Positions 20,447-28,360 of a stretch of DNA of 64,000 nucleotides are shown here, one piece after another. The stretch's first letter is position 1; every line of letters starts with the position of its first letter. The position numbers and the translations under genes were made by a program. The notes under the pieces were generated by a model. It did no database searches. It was given only the letters and a program-made list of their open reading frames with translations, and was not told where the DNA came from. The DNA comes from Aestuariivirga sp. (GTDB lineage: Bacteria; Pseudomonadota; Alphaproteobacteria; Rhizobiales; Aestuariivirgaceae), in contig JANPHF010000083.1 in the NCBI GenBank assembly GCA_031424315.1, positions 7,137-71,136 on the forward strand, given 5' to 3'.

Positions 20447-20545
20447 GCTTACTCCCGCTACCATCATAGCGCGCCACCCGCCTTGCCCAAATCACTTCGC
20501 CGCGATAGGTTGCCGCGTGGGGGTTCTAGCCATTTGGAGGCCATT

Positions 20546-21136
20546 TTGAACATCAAGCTCAGCGCATTCGCCGCAGCCGCAACCCTGCTTCTTGCATCTT
20601 CCGCCCATGCTGATTGCCTGGCGGAAATTCAGGCCATCATGCAGAACCATCTCAAAGCGGGGCCTTATCACACCACCATGGAATCCGACATGGCTGGCAT
20701 GAAGCGCACCACGGAAATTGACGTGATCTTGCCCTCCTCCTTTCACATGAAGGCGGCCAACATGGAAACCATCATGTTGAAGGAAGGCACGTGGATGAAC
20801 ATGAATGGCAAGTGGATGGTCATGCCCGGCAACATGTCCGGCATGATGGAACAGAACATCAAGAACGGCATGGAAAGCGGCTTCAAGAACATGGCCAATG
20901 TTCAGTGCGAGGGGCCGCAAACGTTCGAAGGCAAGACGCTGAACAAATATGAAATGGATTCAACGGGCGAAGCCATGGGCATCAAGGCCACCAGCCACAT
21001 CACCATGTATACAAGCGACAACGGGCTGCCGCAGGTCATGTTGGTGGATGGTGAAGCCATGGGCCACAAGAGCCACACCGTGCAACACATCACCTATGAT
21101 CCATCAATCACCATCACGCCGCCCAAACTGAAATAA
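20546..21136 (+). CDS. secreted methionine-rich protein
   Basis: TTG 20546 sits 5 nt after GGAGG. Signal peptide NIKLSAFAAAATLLLASSAHA. I counted 21 Met in the ~175-aa mature part (e.g. WMNMNGKWMVMPGNMSGMMEQ). Confidence 0.6.
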   Translation: MNIKLSAFAAAATLLLASSAHADCLAEIQAIMQNHLKAGPYHTTMESDMAGMKRTTEIDVILPSSFHMKAANMETIMLKEGTWMNMNGKWMVMPGNMSGMMEQNIKNGMESGFKNMANVQCEGPQTFEGKTLNKYEMDSTGEAMGIKATSHITMYTSDNGLPQVMLVDGEAMGHKSHTVQHITYDPSITITPPKLK

Positions 21137-21200
21137 ACATCGCCTAAACTGCTTGGGAAGGTTTCGCTCCCGAGGGGAAAGCAACCTCACTGCTAGAGTT

Positions 21201-21277
21201 TGGTAGCGGGAGAGGGAGTTGAACCCCCGACCCCAGGATTATGATTCCCGTGCTCTAACCAACTGAGCTACCCCGCC
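21201..21277 (-). tRNA. tRNA-Met (anticodon CAU), elongator-like; Ile2-lysidine type not excluded
   Basis: The reverse complement GGCGGGGTAGCTCAGTTGGTTAGAGCACGGGAATCATAATCCTGGGGTCGGGGGTTCAACTCCCTCTCCCGCTACCA folds as a cloverleaf with a CAT anticodon and encoded CCA. Confidence 0.9.
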
Positions 21278-21334
21278 AGGGCGCCCCGAAGGGCGCTTTA
21301 TGCGCTGCGGTATAGGTTCGGCCCTAGGGCAAAG

Positions 21335-22135
21335 TCAAGCGGCGGTTGCGCTGTCGGTTTCATCATCGCCCTTGTCACCGATAACGAAAGTGCGCCACAG
21401 CGAAATCGAGGCGAAATAGAGCGACGAGCCAGCAAAGAGCACCAGTTCAAGTTTGTATATCCAGTCATCATAGTTGGGGTTGCGGCCCGAAATCACCAGG
21501 CTCAGCGTCAGCGCCGCCCACAGCACTGTCATGGGAACGGTGACATTGCGCCAATGGGTGACGCGCAGGGGGTGAACGAACTTGACTGGAATGAAAGTCA
21601 GCACGGCAAGGAATATGATGGTGACGAAATTCACCAGCCAGCCAGTGTTGAACAAATAGAAATACAGCACCACCACATTCCAGATCGCCGGAAAGCCCAC
21701 GAAATAATAATCGAAACTCTTCATGTTCACATTGGCGAAGGTGTAGAGCGAGACAGCCATCACGAGCGCCGCCATGGTGAGACTCCAAGTCTGGCCCATG
21801 AAGTAAAGTGGCACAGGCACCATGTTGAACCAATAGATCATCAATGCCGGAACGGCCACATAGGTGAAGAAGTCGATCACCAGATCCAGCGCCGTGCCAT
21901 CAAAATTGGGCGTGTATTCTTTCACGCGCGCGCGCCGCGCCAGGGTGCCATCCACACCATCGACAAATAGCGCCAAACCCAGCCACATGAAGGCGGCCAC
22001 CGCATCGCCTTTCAAAACTGAGACCAGTGCGAGAAAGCCCAGAACGATGCCTGAGGCCGTAAAGGCATGGACACTCCAGGCCACGCCCTTCTTGATTTCA
22101 CGCTCCAAACTCGGCTTCAGGTGGATCTTCGCCAT
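21335..22135 (-). CDS. pcs: phosphatidylcholine synthase (CDP-alcohol phosphatidyltransferase family)
   Basis: Motif DGVDGTLARRARV...DGTALDLVID in a multi-TM protein. ATG 22135 is preceded by GGGAGAA. Confidence 0.8.
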   Translation of the reverse strand: MAKIHLKPSLEREIKKGVAWSVHAFTASGIVLGFLALVSVLKGDAVAAFMWLGLALFVDGVDGTLARRARVKEYTPNFDGTALDLVIDFFTYVAVPALMIYWFNMVPVPLYFMGQTWSLTMAALVMAVSLYTFANVNMKSFDYYFVGFPAIWNVVVLYFYLFNTGWLVNFVTIIFLAVLTFIPVKFVHPLRVTHWRNVTVPMTVLWAALTLSLVISGRNPNYDDWIYKLELVLFAGSSLYFASISLWRTFVIGDKGDDETDSATAA

Positions 22136-22199
22136 ACTTTCTCCCGCCGGGCAAAGGTTCAGCCTTGGCGCCAGTTGTTGTTTCAACCACTATAGAAAG

Positions 22200-22871
22200 T
22201 CAGGCCGAAAGCGCAACCTGCCCTGTACGGCGGAATTCCAGCATTGTGAAAAAGCCCATCGGCTTCACCTGCCTGATGGAGACCAAGCGCAGTTGCTCGC
22301 AGTGCAAAAGCGTGTCGACAGGAAATTCGGGCCGCCAGCCAAGTTTGGTGGCCTGTTTGGCGAGGCCCTTTTCAATGGCCCCGCGCAAGCCGGTTTCAAC
22401 GCTGAAGTGATTGACGATGAGCACGGTGCCGCCCGGGCGCGTCACCCGCGCCAATTCGGCAATTGCCTTCTGCGGCTCCGGCACCACAGTGAGCACATAC
22501 ATCGCCACAGCAATGTCGAAACTGGCGTCGGGGAAATCCATCGCGCAGGCATCCATTTCCACCAGCGCTTCGATGTTGCTGGCGCCCGCCTTCTTTGCGC
22601 GCACGCGCGCCCGTGACAGCATGTCAGCAGAAAGATCAATGCCGGTGACAGAAAGCTGCGGCCCATAGTGCGGCAGGGCAAGACCCGTTCCCACACCTGC
22701 ATCAAGAAGACGGCCCGAAAAAGCATTGGCACGGGCTGTGGCCTGCTCCACCCCTGCGCTCACCAACTTGCCAAAGGTGGCGTCATAGACAGGCGCCCAG
22801 CGTTTATAGGCCTTCTTGACCTCGGCGGCGGGCATGGCGTGCAATTGCGTGTTCAAGACGAACCCTTTCAT
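22200..22871 (-). CDS. class I SAM-dependent methyltransferase, phospholipid N-methyltransferase-like
   Basis: SAM motif LLDAGVGTGL and N-terminal KAYKRWAPVYDATFG resemble Rhodobacter-type PmtA. Lies adjacent to pcs. Confidence 0.55.
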   Translation of the reverse strand: MKGFVLNTQLHAMPAAEVKKAYKRWAPVYDATFGKLVSAGVEQATARANAFSGRLLDAGVGTGLALPHYGPQLSVTGIDLSADMLSRARVRAKKAGASNIEALVEMDACAMDFPDASFDIAVAMYVLTVVPEPQKAIAELARVTRPGGTVLIVNHFSVETGLRGAIEKGLAKQATKLGWRPEFPVDTLLHCEQLRLVSIRQVKPMGFFTMLEFRRTGQVALSA

Positions 22872-22910
22872 GGTGTGTGAAGTCGCAAATAGCTATAAAA
22901 TAGTCGCAAA

Positions 22911-24068
22911 TCAAGCCAGCGCAGCAACCGCCGCTGAACGCGCAAATTCCACGCGTGGCCGCGCCATGGCTATGAAGCCGCCGCCCAGCACGCGCTGCCC
23001 GGCCCCAATGCCAGAATAGAACACTGCGGCCTGCCCAGGTGACACGCCCTCTTCTCCACCGTCAATGGCAAGCAGCACTCCGGCCCCTTCGCGCCGCACC
23101 GAAGCCGCGACGGGTGGTCGCGTGGAACGGATGCGCGTAAATACGGCCTGCGGCTCTTCGGTGAGCGGCTTGTCACCCAGCCAGTTCACTTGCTCAAGCG
23201 GAATTTCAAATTGCTTGAGCGCCGCGCGTGGGCCAACGATCACCTGCGCGCGTACAGCATCAAGGCGGATCACAAACAGCGGTTCCCCACCGCCGATGCC
23301 AAGGCCTTTACGTTGGCCAATGGTGAAATGAATGATGCCGTCGTGATGCCCAAGCACGTTGCCGGCAAGATCAACAATTTGCCCTGCCTGCGCCGCATCT
23401 GGCCGCAGGCGTTTGATAACTGAAGCATAGTCACCCTCGGGAACAAAGCAGATGTCCTGGCTGTCCGGCTTGGCCGCAACCGCAAGACCAAGCGATTCCG
23501 CAACGGCGCGCGCCTCGGGCTTCGTCAGCAGGCCCAAAGGGAAGCGCAGGAAATCCATTTGCGCCTGTGTTGTGGCGAAAAGAAAATAGCTCTGGTCGCG
23601 CGCCACATCGGCGGGCGTGAACATGCCGCGATGAGTGGAGCCCGGCAACAACCGGCTCTCAACATAGTGCCCAGTCACCAGCGCGCTGGCGTCAAGATCA
23701 TGCGCGCGTGCCAGTAAGTCGGCGAATTTCACAGTCTGATTGCAACGCACGCAAGGCACAGGCGTTGCCCCCTGAACATAAGCCTGCACAAACTCATCAA
23801 TCACACTTTCCTTGAAGCGCGATTCAAAATCGAGAACGTAATGTGGAATGTCCAGTGCCGCTGCCACGCGCCGCGCGTCGTGAATATCCTGCCCGGCACA
23901 GCAGGCCCCCTTGCGGCGGATGGCTTCGCCATAGTCATAAAGCTGCAGCGTGATGCCCACCACATCATAGCCAGCGAGTTTCAACAGTGCTGCCGCCACT
24001 GAACTGTCGACACCGCCAGACATGGCACAAACCACGCGGTGATCCTGCGGCCGCCCAGGCAGCGCCAT
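22911..24068 (-). CDS. mnmA: tRNA 2-thiouridine(34) synthase
   Basis: PP-loop [12 protein letters not shown] and conserved CCAGQD and CVRCNQ motifs. The ORF is open to GTG 24173. ATG 24068 ([13 protein letters not shown]) best fits homolog N-termini, and ATG 24131 is also possible. Confidence 0.85.
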   Translation of the reverse strand: MALPGRPQDHRVVCAMSGGVDSSVAAALLKLAGYDVVGITLQLYDYGEAIRRKGACCAGQDIHDARRVAAALDIPHYVLDFESRFKESVIDEFVQAYVQGATPVPCVRCNQTVKFADLLARAHDLDASALVTGHYVESRLLPGSTHRGMFTPADVARDQSYFLFATTQAQMDFLRFPLGLLTKPEARAVAESLGLAVAAKPDSQDICFVPEGDYASVIKRLRPDAAQAGQIVDLAGNVLGHHDGIIHFTIGQRKGLGIGGGEPLFVIRLDAVRAQVIVGPRAALKQFEIPLEQVNWLGDKPLTEEPQAVFTRIRSTRPPVAASVRREGAGVLLAIDGGEEGVSPGQAAVFYSGIGAGQRVLGGGFIAMARPRVEFARSAAVAALA

Positions 24069-24232
24069 GGCCTGATGCACCGCGGCGAGAACGCGCGGTT
24101 CGACTTTCATGGCTGGCAGGGCGGCGGACATGGGTTTCTCATGCGTTTTTTCAAAGAATTCTGCAAGCGCCACCCTTTTGTCCCGAATTGAGGCAGAATT
24201 GGCCCCCTGTTTTGCAAATTGTTCATAACCAT

Positions 24233-24247
24233 TTAGGTCATTCTTAA
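24233..24247 (+). promoter_or_regulatory. near-consensus CtrA box (TTAG-N7-TTAA) upstream of the sciP-like gene
   Basis: TTAGGTCATTCTTAA lies ~80 nt upstream of ATG 24327. Confidence 0.3.
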
Positions 24248-24326
24248 GCCCACCATGGCAGTGTTAATCCTGTTGCGGGGGCTGCGTATCTGCCGTCTGC
24301 AAGGTGAGTTTGTGAGTGTTGCGTAC

Positions 24327-24605
24327 ATGAATGGTCAGTTGCGTCCACGCGTCAATTACGTCATCGGGCCCGATGGCAGTCCTTTGACGATCGCCGATCT
24401 TCCGCCGCCGGGTTCCCATCGCTGGGTAATCCGCCGCAAGGCTGAAGTGGTTGCGGCCGTCAGGGGCGGGTTGCTGAGCCTGGAAGAGGCCTGCAGCCGC
24501 TACACCCTCACCGTTGAGGAATATCTCGGCTGGCAGCGTTCCATTGAGAAACATGGCCTCGCCGGCTTGAGAACGACAAGAATCCAGCAATACCGCCAGC
24601 AATAA
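24327..24605 (+). CDS. sciP: DUF1153 small HTH protein, SciP-like CtrA inhibitor
   Basis: 92 aa. VIGPDGSPLTIADLPPPGSHRWVIRRKAEVVAAVRGGLLSLEEACSRYTLTVEEYLGWQRSIEKHGLAGLR closely matches the conserved DUF1153/SciP core as I recall it. Confidence 0.75.
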   Translation: MNGQLRPRVNYVIGPDGSPLTIADLPPPGSHRWVIRRKAEVVAAVRGGLLSLEEACSRYTLTVEEYLGWQRSIEKHGLAGLRTTRIQQYRQQ

Positions 24606-24627
24606 GCGGATGTCAGTTAAGAGTTTG

Positions 24628-24653
24628 AAGCCGGACGCAAGTTCCGGCTTTTT
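24628..24653 (+). terminator. rho-independent terminator after sciP
   Basis: AAGCCGGA-cgcaagt-TCCGGCTT followed by TTTG. Confidence 0.75.
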
Positions 24654-24704
24654 GCTTTTGGATCAGTCGCTTGCAAAATATATTCCTACTAAAGCAAAAT
24701 AACC

Positions 24705-24734
24705 CTTGACAGCGTACGGTGGATCGGCTATATC
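24705..24734 (+). promoter_or_regulatory. sigma70-type promoter (CTTGAC-N17-CTATAT)
   Basis: CTTGACA at 24705-24711, a 17-nt spacer, then TATATC at 24729-24734. This matches the rhizobial housekeeping promoter consensus and lies ~150 nt upstream of hicA. Confidence 0.55.
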
Positions 24735-24888
24735 TCGCCATACTCCACCATTGGGTCAAAGTTTCCCCACCGCCGCCAACAAGTCTTGCAAGCCCACGAA
24801 GACGACGTTGGGGCGAACGAATTTCGACCCTGTGGATCACCGGCCGCCAAGCCCTTGAAATCTCAGGCCCGAACGGCAATCTTGTGTT

Positions 24889-25083
24889 ATGCCCGTAACT
24901 GTTCGAGACCTGATCCGGCAAATTGAAGAAGACGGCTGGCGGTTACACGACATGCGCGGCAGCCATCGGCAGTTCAAGCACCCGACCAAACCGGGCCGCG
25001 TGACGGTGGCAGGCAAACCGAAAGATGATGTTGCACCGGGAACCTTGAATAGTATTCTCAAGCAAGCCGGGTTGAAGGATTGA
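24889..25083 (+). CDS. hicA: HicA family mRNA interferase toxin
   Basis: 64 aa. DGWRLHDMRGSHRQFKHPTKPGRVTVAGKP is the typical HicA core. Confidence 0.85.
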   Translation: MPVTVRDLIRQIEEDGWRLHDMRGSHRQFKHPTKPGRVTVAGKPKDDVAPGTLNSILKQAGLKD

Positions 25084-25087
25084 GCCG

Positions 25088-25294
25088 ATGCGCTACGCCA
25101 TTGTGATCGAAAAGACTGCCACGGGCTATTCAGCCTTCGTACCAGATTTGCCCGGCTGCATCGCTACGGGCCACGACCAGGCCGAAGTCGAGTCAGAAAT
25201 GAAAACCGCCATCCGCTTCCACATTGATGGCTTGAAGGAAGATGGCCTGCCTGTGCCGAAGCCGACGAGCATTGCGGAATATGTGGATGCGTGA
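25088..25294 (+). CDS. hicB: HicB family antitoxin (short form, no DNA-binding domain)
   Basis: 68 aa. YAIVIEKTATGYSAFVPDLPGCIATGHDQAE is the HicB N-domain signature. Starts 4 nt after hicA. Confidence 0.85.
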   Translation: MRYAIVIEKTATGYSAFVPDLPGCIATGHDQAEVESEMKTAIRFHIDGLKEDGLPVPKPTSIAEYVDA

Positions 25295-25366
25295 CGGGGT
25301 AAGTTAGCGATAGCTGGCATCAACCTCAAATTTTAGCCAGCTTTCTAAAAAAGTTGGAATTGCTCA

Positions 25367-25957
25367 ATGTCCAAGATCAAAGCCCGACTACAGGCCCACC
25401 ATCGAGTCTACATCCACAATGATCTTGCAAACGCAGCACACTATTTCAAATCAAGGATCGAACAACGAGAGGCTAACAATGACCGCAAGGGGATCAACCT
25501 CGAAATCATGGCCGGTCTCACGATGTTAGCGTTTGCAATTGAAGCTAAGTTCAATTTCTTGGGTGACTATCTCCTAAAAGACAAATGGAAGGAGATGGCT
25601 CCGGCACTTCAAAAAGTCGAAATGGTATGTACCCACTTGGGATTCAAATCAGACTTTACGATCAGACCATATCTCAGCGTATATGAACTCAAAAAATTTC
25701 GGGACACGCTGGCCCACGGGAAGCCGTTCGAACTACCGGTTGACGAAATCACTGTAGGAACGCCTGAGGAACTCGATAAGTTTGATTTCCCTAAGTCGGA
25801 TTGGGAGGACTTTGTGAACAGCGATTTTCTCATTCGTGCATTTAACGATATGAATGAAATTTGGAATGACCTCTTGGACAGGTCAAAATTGGAAATATAT
25901 CACACACTCACACATAGCGAGAGCTCACTACAGTTCGTAGAACGTGTCGTTGAATAG
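25367..25957 (+). CDS. hypothetical protein with HEPN-like Rx4H motif
   Basis: 196-aa ORF in visibly lower-GC DNA. Motif FRDTLAHG (R112-x4-H117, nt 25700-25717) matches the HEPN R[ND]xxAH signature. No other recognisable domain. Confidence 0.5.
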   Translation: MSKIKARLQAHHRVYIHNDLANAAHYFKSRIEQREANNDRKGINLEIMAGLTMLAFAIEAKFNFLGDYLLKDKWKEMAPALQKVEMVCTHLGFKSDFTIRPYLSVYELKKFRDTLAHGKPFELPVDEITVGTPEELDKFDFPKSDWEDFVNSDFLIRAFNDMNEIWNDLLDRSKLEIYHTLTHSESSLQFVERVVE

Positions 25958-26070
25958 GACTTACGATGTGCAGGTCAGCAGATGTATTAGGGGATTGGCC
26001 TAATTTAGCAATTCAAATTGGCTGAAACTGCCCCCTTCCCTCTTTTCTTTGACCCCGCCATAATCAGCGC

Positions 26071-27030
26071 ATGAACGCCCCCCTCGCACCCGCTGCCAAT
26101 ATCCACGACATCACCGCTGACCCGCGCAATGCCGCCATTCTCATTTCGGTGAATGGCGAGCTTTTCCCGCGCGAAAAGGCCGTGGTTTCCGTTTTCGACT
26201 CCGGCTTCATCTTGGGCGATGGAGTGTGGGAGGGTTTGCGACTGGTGAAGGGCGGCGTGCCGTTTCTGCGTGAGCATATGGAGCGGCTCTATGAAGGCGC
26301 CAAAGCGATTTTCATGGATGTAGGCATCAGCCCACAAGAGCTGGTTAGTCGACTGTTTGAGTGCCTCGCCGCCAACAAGATGGATGATGGTGTGCATATC
26401 CGCCTGATGGTGACGCGCGGGGTGAAATCCACGCCCTATCAAGACCCGCGCGTGACGATTGGCAAAGCCACCATCGTGATTATCCCCGAATATAAAACGC
26501 CCAAGCCCGGCCATATGGAACATGGTCTCAGCTTGCACACAGTAAATGTGCGCCGCGGAGCGCCAGACGTGCAGGACCAGAAACTTAATTCGCATTCTAA
26601 GCTCAATTGCATAACTGCTTGTATTCAAGCGGCAAATGCGGGGGCAGATGAAGCGCTGATGCTGGATCCCCTCGGCTTTGTGGCCACCTGTAATTCCACC
26701 CACTTCTTCATCGTGCGCCGCGGCGAGGTGTGGACCAGCTCGGGGCAATATTGCATCCCCGGCATCACCCGCGCGGCCCTGCTGCGCGTGGGCCGCGATC
26801 TGGGCATTCCAACTTTTGAAAAGCAGTTCTCGCTTTATGATGTCTATGGCGCGGACGAGGCTTTCGTCACGGGCACGTTTGCGGGCGTCACCCCGGTGCG
26901 CATCATTGACGGACGGCCCGTGCGCAATCCTCTGTCCACGGCGGAATGGCAAGGCGCTGGCCCGATCACGCGCAAACTTTCCGAAGGCTACAAGGCGCTG
27001 GCGGCGCGTGAGGCCGCGCGATCGCTCTGA
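26071..27030 (+). CDS. class IV (branched-chain/D-amino-acid) aminotransferase family
   Basis: 319 aa with class IV fold hallmarks: FDSGFILGDGVWEGLR, SHSKLNCITACI and EAFVTGTFAGVTPV. Confidence 0.75.
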   Translation: MNAPLAPAANIHDITADPRNAAILISVNGELFPREKAVVSVFDSGFILGDGVWEGLRLVKGGVPFLREHMERLYEGAKAIFMDVGISPQELVSRLFECLAANKMDDGVHIRLMVTRGVKSTPYQDPRVTIGKATIVIIPEYKTPKPGHMEHGLSLHTVNVRRGAPDVQDQKLNSHSKLNCITACIQAANAGADEALMLDPLGFVATCNSTHFFIVRRGEVWTSSGQYCIPGITRAALLRVGRDLGIPTFEKQFSLYDVYGADEAFVTGTFAGVTPVRIIDGRPVRNPLSTAEWQGAGPITRKLSEGYKALAAREAARSL

Positions 27031-27632
27031 TGTGGGCCTTCATCGTCACATCGATCATCATCGAGCTGACGCCGGGGCCGAACATGACCTGGCTGGCAGT
27101 GCTCGGCGCCACGCGCGGGCGTATGGCGGCATTGGCTGCCGTGGCGGGTGTTGCGATTGGCTTGGCACTCGCGGGTTTGGTGGCGGGCCTTGGCCTCACC
27201 GTATTGTTCGACAATTTCCCGAGCTTGCTCACGGCCCTTCGCGTGGCAGGCACGCTCTATCTTTTCTATCTGGCCTATGACGCCTGGACGGATGCGGATG
27301 GCGAAGAGGTGGTGACCGAAAAGCCCAACAGCGCCTATTTCTATCAAGGCTTTGTTTCCAACGCGTTGAACCCCAAGGCCTATCTGTTCTACGCGGCCAT
27401 CCTGCCGCAGTTCCTGACAATCCCTGATCATCCGGATCAGCAGATCGCGCTGCTCACCGCCGTCTATGTGGCCATTGCCACCACCATCCATGCTTGTATT
27501 GGTCTGGCAGCGGGCAGCATTGCGGGCTGGCTGGAACATTCACCGCAAGCGGTGATGATCCGCCGTGCCCTGGCCGTGGCCATTGCACTGGCTGCTATTT
27601 GGTTTTTCTATTCGACAGGACATCTGAAATGA
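27030..27632 (+). CDS. LysE family amino-acid exporter
   Basis: 200-aa multi-TM protein with N-terminal ELTPGPNM and NPKAYLFY motifs. Start overlaps the upstream stop. Confidence 0.8.
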   Translation: MWAFIVTSIIIELTPGPNMTWLAVLGATRGRMAALAAVAGVAIGLALAGLVAGLGLTVLFDNFPSLLTALRVAGTLYLFYLAYDAWTDADGEEVVTEKPNSAYFYQGFVSNALNPKAYLFYAAILPQFLTIPDHPDQQIALLTAVYVAIATTIHACIGLAAGSIAGWLEHSPQAVMIRRALAVAIALAAIWFFYSTGHLK

Positions 27633-28360
27633 AACTTCCCGCCCACACCAACATCGCCATGTGGTCTGGCCCGCGCAATATTTCCACCGCCATGATGTAT
27701 GCCTTTGCCAACCGCGAAGACTGCGTGGCCTGGGATGAGCCATTTTATGGGGCCTATCTGAAAGAAACTGGCCTTCCCCACCCGATGCGGTCGGAAATTC
27801 TGGCGGCCTGCGAGAATGATTGGCGCAAAGTCCAAGCCACTTGCATCGCACATGCCGCCAAACCAGTGTTCTATCAGAAGCACATGACGCACCATATGCT
27901 GCCGCAGTTTGATCGCACATTCATCCGCACACTGACGAATGCCTTCCTGATCCGCAGCCCTGAAAAAGTTCTGGCCTCCTACGCCAAGAAGCACGATGAC
28001 GTGACGTTGCATGCCATCGGCTTTGTGGAACAGGCTGAGATATTCGACGAAGTGGCACAGCATCTGGGCCACGCACCCCCAGTGGTGGATGCGGACTTGC
28101 ATCTCGCCAACCCGCGCCACAGCCTGCAGCATCTTTGCCACGCGCTGGGCATTCCCTTCCGCGAAGCCATGCTGGCTTGGCCCAAGGGGCCAAAGGCCTG
28201 CGACGGCGTGTGGGCGCCGCATTGGTATAATGCGGCCTGGGCCTCAACCGGATTTGCAAAGCCAGAAGGCGAAACGCCCGCCCTACCCGCAGGTTTGCAG
28301 CGCATTGCCGATCAGGCCCGCCCGCTTTATGAGCGGCTGAGAAAACACGCCATCGAGTGA
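27629..28360 (+). CDS. sulfotransferase-like P-loop family protein
   Basis: ATG 27629 (ATGA overlap). 243 aa. The N-terminus MWSGPRNISTAMMYAF resembles the conserved soluble sulfotransferase-family proteins of alphaproteobacteria. Assignment is tentative. Confidence 0.45.
   Translation: MKLPAHTNIAMWSGPRNISTAMMYAFANREDCVAWDEPFYGAYLKETGLPHPMRSEILAACENDWRKVQATCIAHAAKPVFYQKHMTHHMLPQFDRTFIRTLTNAFLIRSPEKVLASYAKKHDDVTLHAIGFVEQAEIFDEVAQHLGHAPPVVDADLHLANPRHSLQHLCHALGIPFREAMLAWPKGPKACDGVWAPHWYNAAWASTGFAKPEGETPALPAGLQRIADQARPLYERLRKHAIE

Noticed and set aside
24741-24888. tmRNA-like strings (CTCCACCA and TTGGGGCGAACGAATTTCGACCC) in the hicA leader, suggesting a permuted alphaproteobacterial ssrA
   Set aside because: There is no T-arm (GGTTCGA-type) before the CCA and no plausible tag reading frame ending in hydrophobic residues. 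The ~150 nt available is far too short for a two-piece tmRNA.
26005-26952. 315-aa minus-strand ORF antisense to the class IV aminotransferase
   Set aside because: This is a GC-rich shadow frame. It has no recognisable motif and its composition is Arg/Ala/Gly/His-rich. The plus-strand gene has clear family motifs.
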